Assembly: GCA_964016885.1 (NCBI GenBank)
Contig: OZ024743.1
Coordinates: forward strand, 207,514,001-207,578,000
Length of the DNA: 64,000 nt
Direction: 5' to 3'
DNA from: Eledone cirrhosa
Lineage: Eukaryota
Position 1 is the stretch's first letter. Every line of letters starts with the position of its first letter. A model generated the notes under the pieces. That model ran no database searches and was not told the DNA's origin. It worked only from the letters and a program-made list of their open reading frames with translations. Positions 25,836 through 37,621 of the stretch are shown piece after piece. The position numbers and the translations under genes are program-made.

Positions 25836-26250
25836 AACAAGTTATATAACACAGTATCATGTCTTATAAACAAGTTACAACACAGTATGTCTGATAAACA
25901 AGTTATATAACACAGTATCATGTCTGATAAACAAGTTACAACACAGTATCATGTCTGATAAACAAGTTACAACACAGTATCATGTCTGATAAACAAGTTA
26001 TATAACACAGTATCATGTCTGATAAACAAGTTATATAACACAGTATCATGTCTGATAAACAAGTTATATAACACAGTATCATGTCTGATAAACAAGTTAT
26101 ATAACACAGTATCATGTCTGATGAACAAGTTATACAACACAGTATCATGTCTGATGAACAAGTTACAACACAGTATCATGTCTGATGAACAAGTTACAAC
26201 ACAGTATCATGTCTGATAAACAAGTTATATAACACAGCATCATGCCTGAT
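25836..26250. repeat. 31/33-bp minisatellite, about 13 copies
   Basis: Unit AACAAGTTATATAACACAGTATCATGTCTGATA; flanks resemble a SINE head. Confidence 0.95.
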
Positions 26251-26639
26251 GCTCTACCAGTTTTGTCAACCAATCCACCATCCACGACTAGTACTTTATC
26301 AATCCCTAAAGGAAGAAAGGTGAACTCAATGCTAAACCATTTAATGTGATGCTTTAAAAACCATCCTAATTTGTCACTATGTATTTTCTTCTGTTAAACT
26401 GATAAAGTTAAAGCCAATAATATTTTTATTAATAAAAAAATTCTAAAATCTCCATAAAAATACAAATGTTGTAGTAAAACAGGAACATAGTGTAATATTT
26501 TGATTACACACGAATTATGGTTTATCTAAATTAAAACCTGCAAACTGCTAATTTTGTGTGACAGCCTAGCAACAGTGTTGTAGTAGTTATGGTGACAGAA
26601 TTGCAGTGTTTGAGGTCCATAATTAATTAGTTATCTTCA

Positions 26640-29472
26640 CTGCCATCATTGTTGTTACCATCACCACTACCATTGTTGCTACCATCACCGCCACCATTGT
26701 TGCTACCATCACCACTATCATTGTTGCTACCATCACCATTATCATTGTTGCTACCATCACCACCATTAACATTGCTACCATCACCACCATCAACATTGCT
26801 ACCATCACCACCATCAACATTGCTACCATCACCACCATCAACATTGCTACCATCACCACCACCATCACCACTACCATCACCACCATCAACATTGCTACCA
26901 TCACCACCATCAACATTGCTACCATCACCACCACCATCACCACTACCATCACCACCATCAACATTGCTACCATCACCACCATCAACATTGCTACCATCAC
27001 CACCATCATCACCACTACCATCACCACCATCATTGTTGGTACCATCACCACCACCATCACCACTACCATCACCACCATCAACATTGTTACCATCACCACC
27101 ATCATCACCACTACCATCACCACCATCAACATTGCTACCATCACCACCACCATCACCACTACCATCACCACCATCAACATTGTTACCATCACCACCATCA
27201 ACATTGCTACCATCACCACCATCAACATTGCTACCATCACCACCATCATTGTTGCTACCATCACCACCATCATCACCGCTACCATCACCACCATCAACAT
27301 TGCTACCATCATCACCATCAACATTGCTACCATCACCACCATCATCACCACTACCATCACCACCATCATTGTTGCTACCATCACCACCATCATTGTTGGT
27401 ACCATCACCACCATCATCACCACTACCATCACCACCATCAACATTGCTACCATCACCACCATCATCATTGCTACCATCACCACCAACATTGCTACCATCA
27501 CCACCATCAACATTGCTACCATCATCACCATCATCACCATCAACATTGCTACCATCATCACCATCATCATTGCTACCATCACCACCATCAACATTGCTAC
27601 CATCACCACCATCAACATTGCTACCATCACCACCATCAACATTGCTACCATCACCACCATCATCATTGCTACCATCATCACCATCAACATTGCTACCATC
27701 ACCACCATCATCACCCTACCATCACCACCATCATCATTGCTACCATCATCACCATCAACATTGCTACCATCACCACCATCAACATTGCTACCATCACCAC
27801 CATCAACATTGCTACCATCACCACCATCAACATTGCTACCATCACCACCATCATTGTTGCTACCATCACCACCATCACCGCTACCATCACCACCATCAAC
27901 ATTGCCACCATCACCACCATCATCACCACTACCATCACCACCATCAACATTGCTACCATCACCACCATCATCACCCTACCATCACCACCATCAACATTGC
28001 TACCATCACCACCATCAACATTGCTACCATCACCACCATCATCATTGCTACCATCACCACCATCATCATTGCTACCATCACCACCATCAACATTGCTACC
28101 ATCACCACCATCATCACCCTACCATCACCACCATCAACATTGCTACCATCACCACCATCATCACCCTACCATCACCACCATCATCACCACTACCATCACC
28201 ACCATCAACATTGCTACCATCACCACCATCATCACCCTACCATCACCACCATCAACATTGCTACCATCACCACCATCATCATTGCTACCATCACCACCAT
28301 CAACATTGCTACCATCACCACCATCAACATTGCTACCATCACCACCATCAACATTGCTACCATCACCACCATCATCATTGCTACCATCACCACCATCATC
28401 ATTGCTACCATCACCACCATCAACATTGCTACCATCACCACCACCATCACCACTACCATCACCACCATCAACATTGCTACCATCACCACCATCATCATTG
28501 CTACCATCACCACCATCATCATTGCTACCATCACCACCATCAACATTGCTACCATCACCACCACCATCACCACTACCATCACCACCATCAACATTGCTAC
28601 CATCACCACCATCATCATTGCTACCATCACCACCATCAACATTGCTACCATCACCACCATCAACATTGCTACCATCACCACCATCAACATTGCTACCATC
28701 ACCACCATCAACATTGCTACCATCACCACCATCATCATTGCTACCATCACCACCATCATCATTGCTACCATCACCACCATCATCATTGCTACCATCACCA
28801 CCATCATCATTGCTACCATCACCACCATCATCATTGCTACCATCACCACCATCATCATTGCTACCATCACCACCATCATCATTGCTACCATCACCACCAT
28901 CAACATTGCTACCATCACCACCATCATCACCACTACCATCACCACCATCATCACCACTACCATCACCACCATCATCACCACTACCATCACCACCATCATC
29001 ACCACTACCATCACCACCATCATCACCCTACCATCACCACCATCATCATTGCTACCATCACCACCATCATCATTGCTACCATCACCACCATCATCATTGC
29101 TACCATCACCACCATCATCATTGCTACCATCACCACCATCATCACCACTACCATCACCACCATCATCACCACTACCATCACCACCATCATCACCACTACC
29201 ATCACCACCATCATCACCCTACCATCACCACCATCAACATTGCTACCATCACCACCATCATCATTTCTACCATCACCACCATCATCATTGCTACCATCAC
29301 CACCATCATCACCACTACCATCACCACCATCATCACCACTACCATCACCACCATCATCATTGCTACCATCACCACCATCATCATTGCTACCATCACCACC
29401 ATCATCACCACTACCATCACCACCATCATCATTGCTACCATCACCACCATCATCACCACTACCATCACCACC
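26640..29472. repeat. 24-bp triplet-based (CAC/CAT) minisatellite, about 2.8 kb
   Basis: Unit TACCATCACCACCATCAACATTGC and variants; produces stop-free ORFs in several frames. Confidence 0.95.
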
Positions 29473-29635
29473 CTCTTCATCCAACATCAACTTCTGTCCC
29501 TATGTTAAAGCTGTCTTCAGTCAAACATTGATGTTTTCCAGTGTTCTTATCCCTATTGATTTCTTTCTCTAGGAGAAGTTATAGGAGGATTGTTTAACCA
29601 ATTGAAGCTAGAACAATACTTTATTAATCCTCAGA

Positions 29636-29929
29636 TTAAACCTTTTCATAACTATATTTCTAATGAAAGACATTGATGCTTATAATTTTTAAATCATTTT
29701 GAAAATAATCCAGAATTTGGAGAGATTTAGTAATATAACTTTCTTATTCAACTGGCTTTTGGAACATAATTTAACAAAGATTCTTACATAAAATTGTGAT
29801 AGGAAGTTTTTAGATAAATATAAACACTTTAAGATAACAAAAAAGAAAAAGAAAAAAAAATTTAAGATAAACAGCTTTGTATGATAGAACCAGGGTCAGT
29901 TTCAAGCAGTTTTGTATTAAAGAGGTTAA
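29636..29929. mobile_element. piggyBac-type MITE inserted in a degenerate SINE
   Basis: TTAA ends; body homologous to 5351-5579; flanks rejoin to SINE sequence (ACTTTATTAATCCTCAGA-TTAA-AAGGTAAAGTTAACTCTGGC). Confidence 0.7.
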
Positions 29930-30304
29930 AAGGTAAAGTTAACTCTGGCAAGTTTTAATTTAGAGATAACAGCATTAATTTAGAGATAACAAGCATTTTG
30001 TTTGGCACTTTGTTTCTGTCATCATACCAATATGTTATTTGCTTGTGATCTTAACATTCTGACCAATCAACAAAATCATTATTATTATCATTATTATTAT
30101 GTGATGAATCTCTCGAGACGTGTGTAACTACCACGAAGTCAGTTGAATTAGCGAAAATTTTATATAGTAATTTTTACATTGTTGTTTAGTTAAAGAATCC
30201 CTCTTTCAAAGGAGGTGGCTTTTTAACTGTATCTCTCTCCTTTAAGGGCTGAATTTGTATTTATTTACAATCGTACTCCCCCAAATTTCTGTTTTAAGAA
30301 AAAC

Positions 30305-31176
30305 ATGGCAGATGAAAAAAATTGTCCACAGGGAAGAACGAGTTGTTTGGAGGGTAGAACAGCCGATTCCGTCCAATCACAAGGCAAAGGCAAAAACAAC
30401 AGCAGCGACAGTGGCAGTGGTGACAATAGCAGCAGCAGCCACTGGAACAGTAGCAGCAGTAGTGCAAATTACGAAAAATATTTCCCATCATTAGAAAGAT
30501 CAGACACCACTGCCACCCCAATAACAACAATAACAGCAGCAACAGCCATAAAGAACCCAGGGAGCAACAACTGTAACAGCAGCAACACAGAAGAAAAAAA
30601 ACCCCAAGAAAAACCCCAACAACAGCAACAAAGGCAAGACTAGCGATGAGTCAGTAGAGATCGCATGGTTGACGATCGCCGTCCACGCTGACGTTAAGGA
30701 TCCAACAAGTATACTCGACGTCATGTGAATATGACAGGAGAATTGGACGGGGATGGAGCTAATCATTTAAGCAAACCATGAAAGTGTCAAGGCCATCCCC
30801 GATGTAATAGACCTGGACGACAGCAGCCATCTACTTGTGACTGTCAAAGGTAGCCGCCCAAGGTGTCATGGCTGCAGTGACAAGACGCACCTTAAGGCCT
30901 TCTACCCAAACTCACCAAAACGGGCACGCGTCCACCCTTCTCCCCACGCCGTGCCCCGCGACTGGAGTGGACAAACCAACCAAGACCACAGTGGCAGAAG
31001 AAAAATCACTATCCCCAACAACAACAAAAACAACACAATCTCTTCCACCACCAACAGAACCAATGGAGAGCATGCTCCTTCCCGATATTGCTAAATCGGA
31101 CAAGGAGTGCGATGAGGCCAAAGGATGGAAAATCATCCCTCAAAAAAGAGGAAGAAAACCCCAAAAAAGAAAATGA
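30305..31176 (+). pseudogene. LINE ORF1 (gag-like) remnant
   Basis: LLVTVKGSRPRCHGCSDKTHLKAFYP is a degenerate CX2CX4HX4C; basic tail GWKIIPQKRGRKPQKRK; stops and frameshifts. Confidence 0.6.
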
Positions 31177-31429
31177 AAACGACCCCACCTCCTCCACCAA
31201 CAGCCACACCCCCACAACCACCTACACCACCAATACCGCCACCATTAGCATCTACTCCATCGTCACCTCCAACAACACCACATAAAGCACCAACATCCCA
31301 ACAGCAGACACAATACACAGCCATAGACACATACAACACAAAACTTTTAAATTACATTCAACATCACAGAAACAAACTACATACAGACCACCAAAATTGC
31401 ATCCCCCACATACATAAAAATAATAGAAA

Positions 31430-32100
31430 TCACTGGCTGTGTTATTCCGGAGAAGTCTGGATCTTGAGATTCGAGCCGTCTTCTTGGACCCAGAAGGTAA
31501 GTTGGTGGTGCTGGACATGACCAGTGGAGAAGGGCAAGCCTTCAGGCTGGTGGCTGTCTATGCCCCAACAGGAGCAGGACAGCCTGACTTCTTCCGGCGT
31601 CTGGAGACTTTTCTTGGAACGTCCCGCTCTTTAGTGTTATTGGGCGACTGGAATGGGATCTTAGATGCACGCTGCAACTGTGTGGGATTAGCAGATAGGG
31701 GAGGAGGGTGTAAAAGCCTCGCAAACCTGCTCATTTTCAACTGTCTGACAGGTACAGGTTGGATTTCCCAAATGTGCCAATGTGGACTTGGACAAACCGC
31801 ATCGGGTCATCCAGATCATATCTAGATAGGGTATTTTGTAGGGAAATAGATAGGTCTAGCATAGGCTGTCCACAATTCAAGATAGTCGACTACACGGACC
31901 ACAAATTCATGATCTGTGTGGTTGACTTAGATAGGTTTCATAGACAGGGACCCGGCTACTGGAAACTAAACGCGTCGTTAACAGCACGCAAAGCTTACAG
32001 AGACCGGATTAGCGAATTAGTTAAGCGGGCGTTGACGAGGGCCCATCGTCAACAACAAATGGTGGTTTGCCCTGGAAAGAGCGATTAGAATAGTCCATTA
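31430..32100 (+). pseudogene. LINE ORF2 APE endonuclease remnant (Tx1-like)
   Basis: LVAVYAP, LVLLGDWN.ILD, WTW.N....SYLDRVF, YTDHK, GPGYWKLNASL across one frameshift. Confidence 0.9.
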
Positions 32101-32712
32101 GGTTTAGTAAAGCATTAGTAATAGAGAAAATAGAGCAGAAGTGGCGCACCGCATTGAGGGATGAACTTTAGTGCCCTCATTAACTTTTTAAGATTTCACC
32201 TGAAAAGGGAAATCAGGGTGGAGAGGGAAGTGCTGCCTTCCAGCCAATTTGTTGAAAGATGGGTGAGAGAGGCAAGAATGGCCCATGTGAATGGACCTAC
32301 CCTGAGTGTGTGCCTGTAGCATCGTACAAGGAAAACTGAAAGAGGGCACTTGCCCTAGCGGTCAGGGTAACCGTGGCTTTTTTGTGGGCTTTCTCCACGA
32401 GCGACTCTCGGAAGTCTCCCCCCTATTGGGGAATTTTTCATTTTCTTTTTTTGTCACATACTCTGTTTTTGTTTTTTACATGCAGAGATGTCCATTTGTA
32501 CCGTCCTGTATTGTCCTGTGTTGTCCTTAACATTATACTTTGTGTCAACCCTTGTGGTTAATGAAGAAAGCATTATTATTATCATCATCACCAGCATTAT
32601 TATTATCATTATTATTATTATTAGTCTGACTTTTGTTGTGCATTGTCACTGCATTACCGAGCACAGCTATGAGCAGTGTGGTTTTTGGTGGTATTGTTTC
32701 CATTGTATTGAG

Positions 32713-32747
<35 letters not shown>

Positions 32748-32765
32748 CATTATTATTATTTTCAG

Positions 32766-32846
32766 TATTCAATATGGAGTTTGTTGTGGATAGGATGGAA
32801 TATATTTGTCATTTGTCTATACTTAGAAATTGGAATTTTAAGCAGG
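32766..32846 (+). CDS. NKAIN: Internal coding exon of Na+/K+-transporting ATPase subunit beta-interacting protein (NKAIN family)
   Basis: TTTTCAG acceptor, AGG|GTAAGT donor, 81 nt, phase 0-0. Translation YSIWSLLWIGWNIFVICLYLEIGILSR versus recalled vertebrate NKAIN segment [27 protein letters not shown] of the same length. Confidence 0.92.
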
Positions 32847-33084
32847 GTAAGTAAACATTTCTATTTTCAATGTGTCTAGTAATTCAAATTAATCTTAGGG
32901 ATTATCAAAATAATTTTAAAAGATTTTTTTCAAAAGGAATAAAGATTCTGTAAATAAATTGAAAATTACTCAAAAACATTCAACACTAACAATTTGGATG
33001 GAAATTAATATTTAGTACTGGTTTTTCTCTTAATCAAAATTTAAGTTTTTGATATTAATCAGAAGAGAGGTAGGCGTAAAAGCC

Positions 33085-33540
33085 AAACTCGCTATCTTCA
33101 ATTCGGTATTCTTGCCAATCCTTACCTATGATTATGAATCTTGGGTAATGACCAAAAGAATATGATTGCAAACACAAGCAGCCAAAATGAAGGGTCTCTG
33201 GAGTAATGTTACTTGATGTAGTGAATAGCTCAGAGATCAGAGAGTCACTCCAGCCACTACTTCTCCAAATTGAGAGATCACAGCTCTGATACTATTGGCA
33301 TGTAGTTAGAATGTCTCAGGAAAGAATTGCTGGACAGATTTTACAGGCAAAACCAACTGGCAGGAGACCCAGTGGTAAACCCAGAGCAAAATGGTTGAAT
33401 AACATCCATGAGCTTGGTTGGTCTCACTTAGGGATCCAGCCAGAGCAGTTGGAGATGGTTGCTTCTGACAGGACTATTGGAAGGAGTGTTTGAGGACTCT
33501 TCCCCCACGACCCTTTCAGGAATAAGTGGGCGAAGAAAAA
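33085..33540 (+). mobile_element. Rex3/Expander-like RTE LINE 3' fragment
   Basis: Broken frames give LTYDYESWVMT, QAAKM, SSEIRESL, PLLLQIERSQL, PTGRRPSGKPRAKW, WSHLGI, LPPRP. Confidence 0.8.
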
Positions 33541-33708
33541 GATATTAATTTTTTTAAATAAGGTTCCACTAATCTTAATTCAGAGGAAAATGAAGCTGTG
33601 TTCCAAATATGATACACTTTTAAATTGATTAAAACAAAATGGAGGGAAGTCAGAAGTATTTCTTTGAAATATTTTACTTTCGAATTGCATTAATGTAACT
33701 TAGACAAG

Positions 33709-33892
33709 GGTGGTGGATTGGCAGTATCGGTAGAGGGTCGGGCGCCATGCTTTCCAGCATAGTTACGTCCCTTTACGATCTGAGTTCAAATCCCGCCGAG
33801 GTTCACTTTGCCTTTCATCCTTACGGGGTCGATAAAATAAAGTACCAGTAATGCACTGGGTAATTGCTGGCCTTGTGCCTAAAGTAGAAACA
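33709..33892 (+). mobile_element. Young tRNA-derived SINE, perfect 20-bp TSD
   Basis: Near-identical to 22352-22535; TSD ATTAATGTAACTTAGACAAG at 33689-33708 and 33893-33912. Confidence 0.95.
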
Positions 33893-34159
33893 ATTAATGT
33901 AACTTAGACAAGTTCAAATATAACCTATTGATATGTTGGAGTCCTGTGTAATCATCTGATATAGGGGTATTATTGCTGCTGCTATACACACATTTAGACA
34001 CATATAATAGATGTTACTCAAAGAGGATTGTACTAATATATCTCAGGTACTAGCTCACATATAATAGGTGTTAACCAGAGGACCATACCAATGTCTCAGG
34101 TTCTACCTCACAAGACTGTTTTTTCTCTTCTCACATCTTATATTGCTAGAAATATGTTA

Positions 34160-34375
34160 TAATAATGGTTTCTGATTTAGACAAATTTTCCTTTTTTGCA
34201 AGGAGGTGGGATGGGATGAGGTGGGAGTTGATTCCATTGACCCCCCCAGTACTTCACTGGTATTTTATTTTATCAACTTCAGATGGATAAATGGTAAAGT
34301 TGACCAGAACATAAAGAACTGAAACTAGTATGACAAATCCTATTTCTGATGCTCTGACAATACTGTAAAACCTTA
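34160..34375 (-). mobile_element. Old degenerate copy of the same SINE family
   Basis: GACCCCCCAGTACTTCACTGGTATTTTATTTTATCAAC...GGTAAAGTTGACC...CTGATGCTCT; similar relics at 21170-21330 and 41345-41485. Confidence 0.65.
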
Positions 34376-34935
34376 CCATGTTTGGCTGATGCCTGGTTTA
34401 ATATCACCTGTTGCTACTTGTGTCATTTTATCTGATTTCATTCTACTACAATGTTATGTTCAAACCAAAACCTCAATTCTCTCCCTACTCATGTGTATTT
34501 TTCCTGCAGATATTAACCTACAAATGTTCTGTGTGTCAGTTATATCAAGTCACGAGTTTTGGGGAAGAGAGAAGCTTTTAAATGTCAGGAACATTGCCTC
34601 TCCTTCACTGGCCAACTTAGAATAGACCCCCCCCCCAAAAAAAAAACAAACTTGTTATTGGTTAGTCAGTTGATTCCCTTGGGTCTTGGGTCAACTCCAA
34701 TTCTGTAAATAACCAAAACCTTATGAAAACCAGGTTGCAGCCATTTATGGCACACATTTCTTAATGTACATTTTAATAATTAAATCATGCCACAAAGTCA
34801 GGAATATTTTACACAGTAACAACTCTTTCTTTACCACATTTCTGATGTGTTTCAATTAATTTGGAAAATATTCCAAAATTGGGAGTAATTTAATAAGATA
34901 ACTGACTTTTTCATTAGTAAACTGATGTTTGTGAA

Positions 34936-35316
34936 GGTATATGGCTTAGTGGTAAGGATGTTGGAGTTATGATACCATAGGTTCGATCCCTGGACTGGAT
35001 TGAGTGTTGTGTTCTTGAGCAAAACACTTCATTTCTTGTTGCTCCAGTACACTCAGCTAAAAATGAATACTAACAATAGCTGGGGTTTAACCCTGTGATG
35101 GACTGGCTTCCTGTCTAGTGGAGAGTCTTGTACTCTGTCATTTCATACCTTGGAAACCAGGATAAAGCATGATGAGCCTCCGAGCTTGACACAGACTTTA
35201 ACCCTGTGATTGACTGGTGTTTGGTTCAGGGGAGAATCTTGTACTCAGTCACTTCACGCCACAAAAACCTGGATAAGCACCGGCCTGATGAGTCTCTGGG
35301 CTCAAGACAGACTTTA
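34936..35316 (+). mobile_element. CORE-type SINE with duplicated 3' module
   Basis: TGGCTTAGTGG A-box, GGTTCGATCCC B-box, CTTGAGCAAAACACTT, two tail modules each ending ACAGACTTTA. Confidence 0.85.
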
Positions 35317-35734
35317 GATTTTTTTTTTAGAATAGGGTCAGGAACAAGAAACTATAGTATCTGTATAATAAGGTCAGGAAATATAACCTAGAAATTATAG
35401 TGTCTGCATAATAGGGTCAGAAACTATAACCTAAAAATGTTCTACCTATTTCATAACATGTACCTTATACACATTTCCTCTACACAAATTCTGCTAAATT
35501 GTTGTTGTTTTTTCTTTTTGATATATCATGTGTTTCCTGGTTTTAGCATAGGTGCATCCTATCTCTGTCATAAGTAATGACAAAATAGGGTTGGCATCAA
35601 GAAGTGCATCTAGTTGTAAAACATTGTCTCAAAACATCCCCTGCACTAAACTAAATTAATTACAAAAAAAAAAACTATGAGGTATTTAATTTTGATACCC
35701 TTCCCTGCTGGAGCTGTTTAACCAAATTTTTGCT

Positions 35735-35955
35735 ACCCAGTCCACACTGTAAAGTGGTCATACTGATGACATGACAAAAAGCACCCAATACTCACTGTAA
35801 ATGTGGTTGGCATTAGGAAGGGCATTCAGCTGTAGAAATCAAGTCAAAAACAGTTCTGTATGAGCAAGACATGGTCATCTGACCCAACTTGCCTCAAACA
35901 GGACAACTCATCTAACACATGCTAATGTGGAAAACAAATGTTAAACAATGATGAT
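35735..35955 (+). mobile_element. RTE 3' UTR/tail fragment
   Basis: Colinear with 62830-63050. Confidence 0.8.
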
Positions 35956-36111
35956 TTCCTTGGCATTTAGTAAATTCGAAATTTTGAGCTTCACACGTGA
36001 CGTCTGTTTATAGTAGAAAATATTTAAAACAGGTTTGTTAATTCAAATGCTTATAGTATCTTTACTAGTAGATGGTTCTTTGTGAAAATTTGTAGTATTA
36101 GAATAAAGATT

Positions 36112-36493
36112 TTAACCCTTTAGTTTCTGTCTGAAACTGATCCTGGTTCTATGATACAAAACTGCCCATTCTTACTTATTTTAAAACCTATATAATTTTA
36201 TGCAAACACATTTGTTAGATTACATTCCAAACACCAAATTAATGAGAAAGTTAATTACAAATCTGAAAAGCAAAATTAGTTATTTTAGCCTCAAGAGGAC
36301 ATGTGCTTTTACCTTTGTGCCAAATTTCAACTCATTCTATAAAAAAATGAACCTGCTATGATAAAAAAAAAAGGCATTACTTTTTGCCTGGCCCTCATAT
36401 TTCACTAAATTCCTCAAAATTTATTATTTTCAAAATTAACTGAAACACAGTGGCAGTTGTCTTTCATTAAAAATATGGTAATGAAAGGGTTGA
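36112..36493. mobile_element. piggyBac-type MITE (inverted copy)
   Basis: TTAA|CCCTTT ... AAAGGG|TTGA; body is the reverse complement of the 5351-5579 family with an extra internal segment. Confidence 0.65.
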
Positions 36494-37175
36494 TTTTTAA
36501 TGTGATGCAGTCATAGTTCCTTGTACTTTTTCAAGAATGTCTTGCTATTGTGGTTTCATGTGGTACAGGACAATAGGAGTTAATGAAATGCTCCAGCAAT
36601 TTTTTCTGTTTATTTTATGACACTTCATCCAACCTTTCTCTAATGAAAGTTTTAAGGGGTCATACAAGAAACTTCATTATGTAGTGATAGTTTGTTCTCT
36701 CCTTTTTTTGTGTATGTGGGGGAGGAGGAATTTTGATGTTTGTTTATTTGTCTATCTGTTTATTTTTCACATATTTTAATTTTGTGTTTTTATTTCTTTT
36801 TTTTCAAAATTCTTTTGATTTCTCAAAACCTTTAAAAAATATTTTTATTTTGTTTTACATTTAAAAAAAATTATAACCCTGGAGTTCCCTCATTTTTACA
36901 AGTTCCTTTGCCTGATAAAACAAAAAAAAAAACAAAAAAACAAAACAAAAAAAAACAACTAATTCTTCCAAACAGTTAAGCTTTATAGTTGGTAATGAAG
37001 TTTGTGCCTCAATTTCAGTTCCACAAATTGGCTATTAACTGTCAGATTATTGTATGATAATATTATTATTATTATTACTATCACTAATTGATCCAATTTT
37101 AAATGAATCCAGTTTTCCAATCTCAAAGGACTGACTAATTTTATATCTTGCGTTTGTTTGTGTGGAGGAGTGTCC

Positions 37176-37296
37176 CTACTCCTGTTCCACCACCATCTCT
37201 ACTCCTGTTTCCACCACCATCTCTACTCCTGTTTCCACCACCATCTCTACTCCTGTTTCCACCACCATCTCTACTCCTGTTTCCACCACCACCTCT
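37176..37296. repeat. 24-bp minisatellite, 5 copies
   Basis: Unit CTACTCCTGTTTCCACCACCATCT. Confidence 0.95.
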
Positions 37297-37403
37297 GTAA
37301 ATCAGTTCACTCTTCTTCAAGCCATTGACAGAACCTCTATGTGACTACTTAACATGCTGTAATTAGCAATCAAATTTCCTCAAATCATGCCATACTATCT
37401 GTC

Positions 37404-37621
37404 TTAATCCTTTTGATATCAACCTGGCTAAAACTGACTTTGGTTTTATGAAGCATTTTAATGGCTTCTTCAAATTATCTTACAACATAATTTTATATAA
37501 GAATCATATGTTAAGCTACCATCTTAGATTTAAATAATTAATCCTTTTAGTAAATCCCTTGAAATATTTCATTAATTAAATGGAGTGCAATTTATTAGAA
37601 ATATGGTCATGGAAGGGTTAA
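37404..37621. mobile_element. piggyBac-type MITE (inverted copy) interrupting an older repeat
   Basis: TTAA|TCCTTT...GAAGGG|TTAA; flanks rejoin to a repeat also seen at 58510-58670. Confidence 0.65.

Larger units (their letters stand above)
30101..32580 (+). mobile_element. Tx1/L1-clade LINE, internally deleted, embedded in (ATT)n
   Basis: ORF1 remnant with degenerate zinc knuckle, APE endonuclease remnant, ORF2 C-terminus, T-rich 3' UTR, (ATT)n on both sides. Confidence 0.8.

Noticed and set aside
26649-29572. 960-aa, 611-aa and 503-aa extensin- or His-rich proteins
   Set aside because: Translations of a triplet-based minisatellite; open in many frames on both strands, with no signal peptide or splice support.
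32633-32854. 73-aa ORF overlapping the exon
   Set aside because: Wrong frame; its Leu run comes from the ATT microsatellite, and the NKAIN frame is defined by the splice sites.
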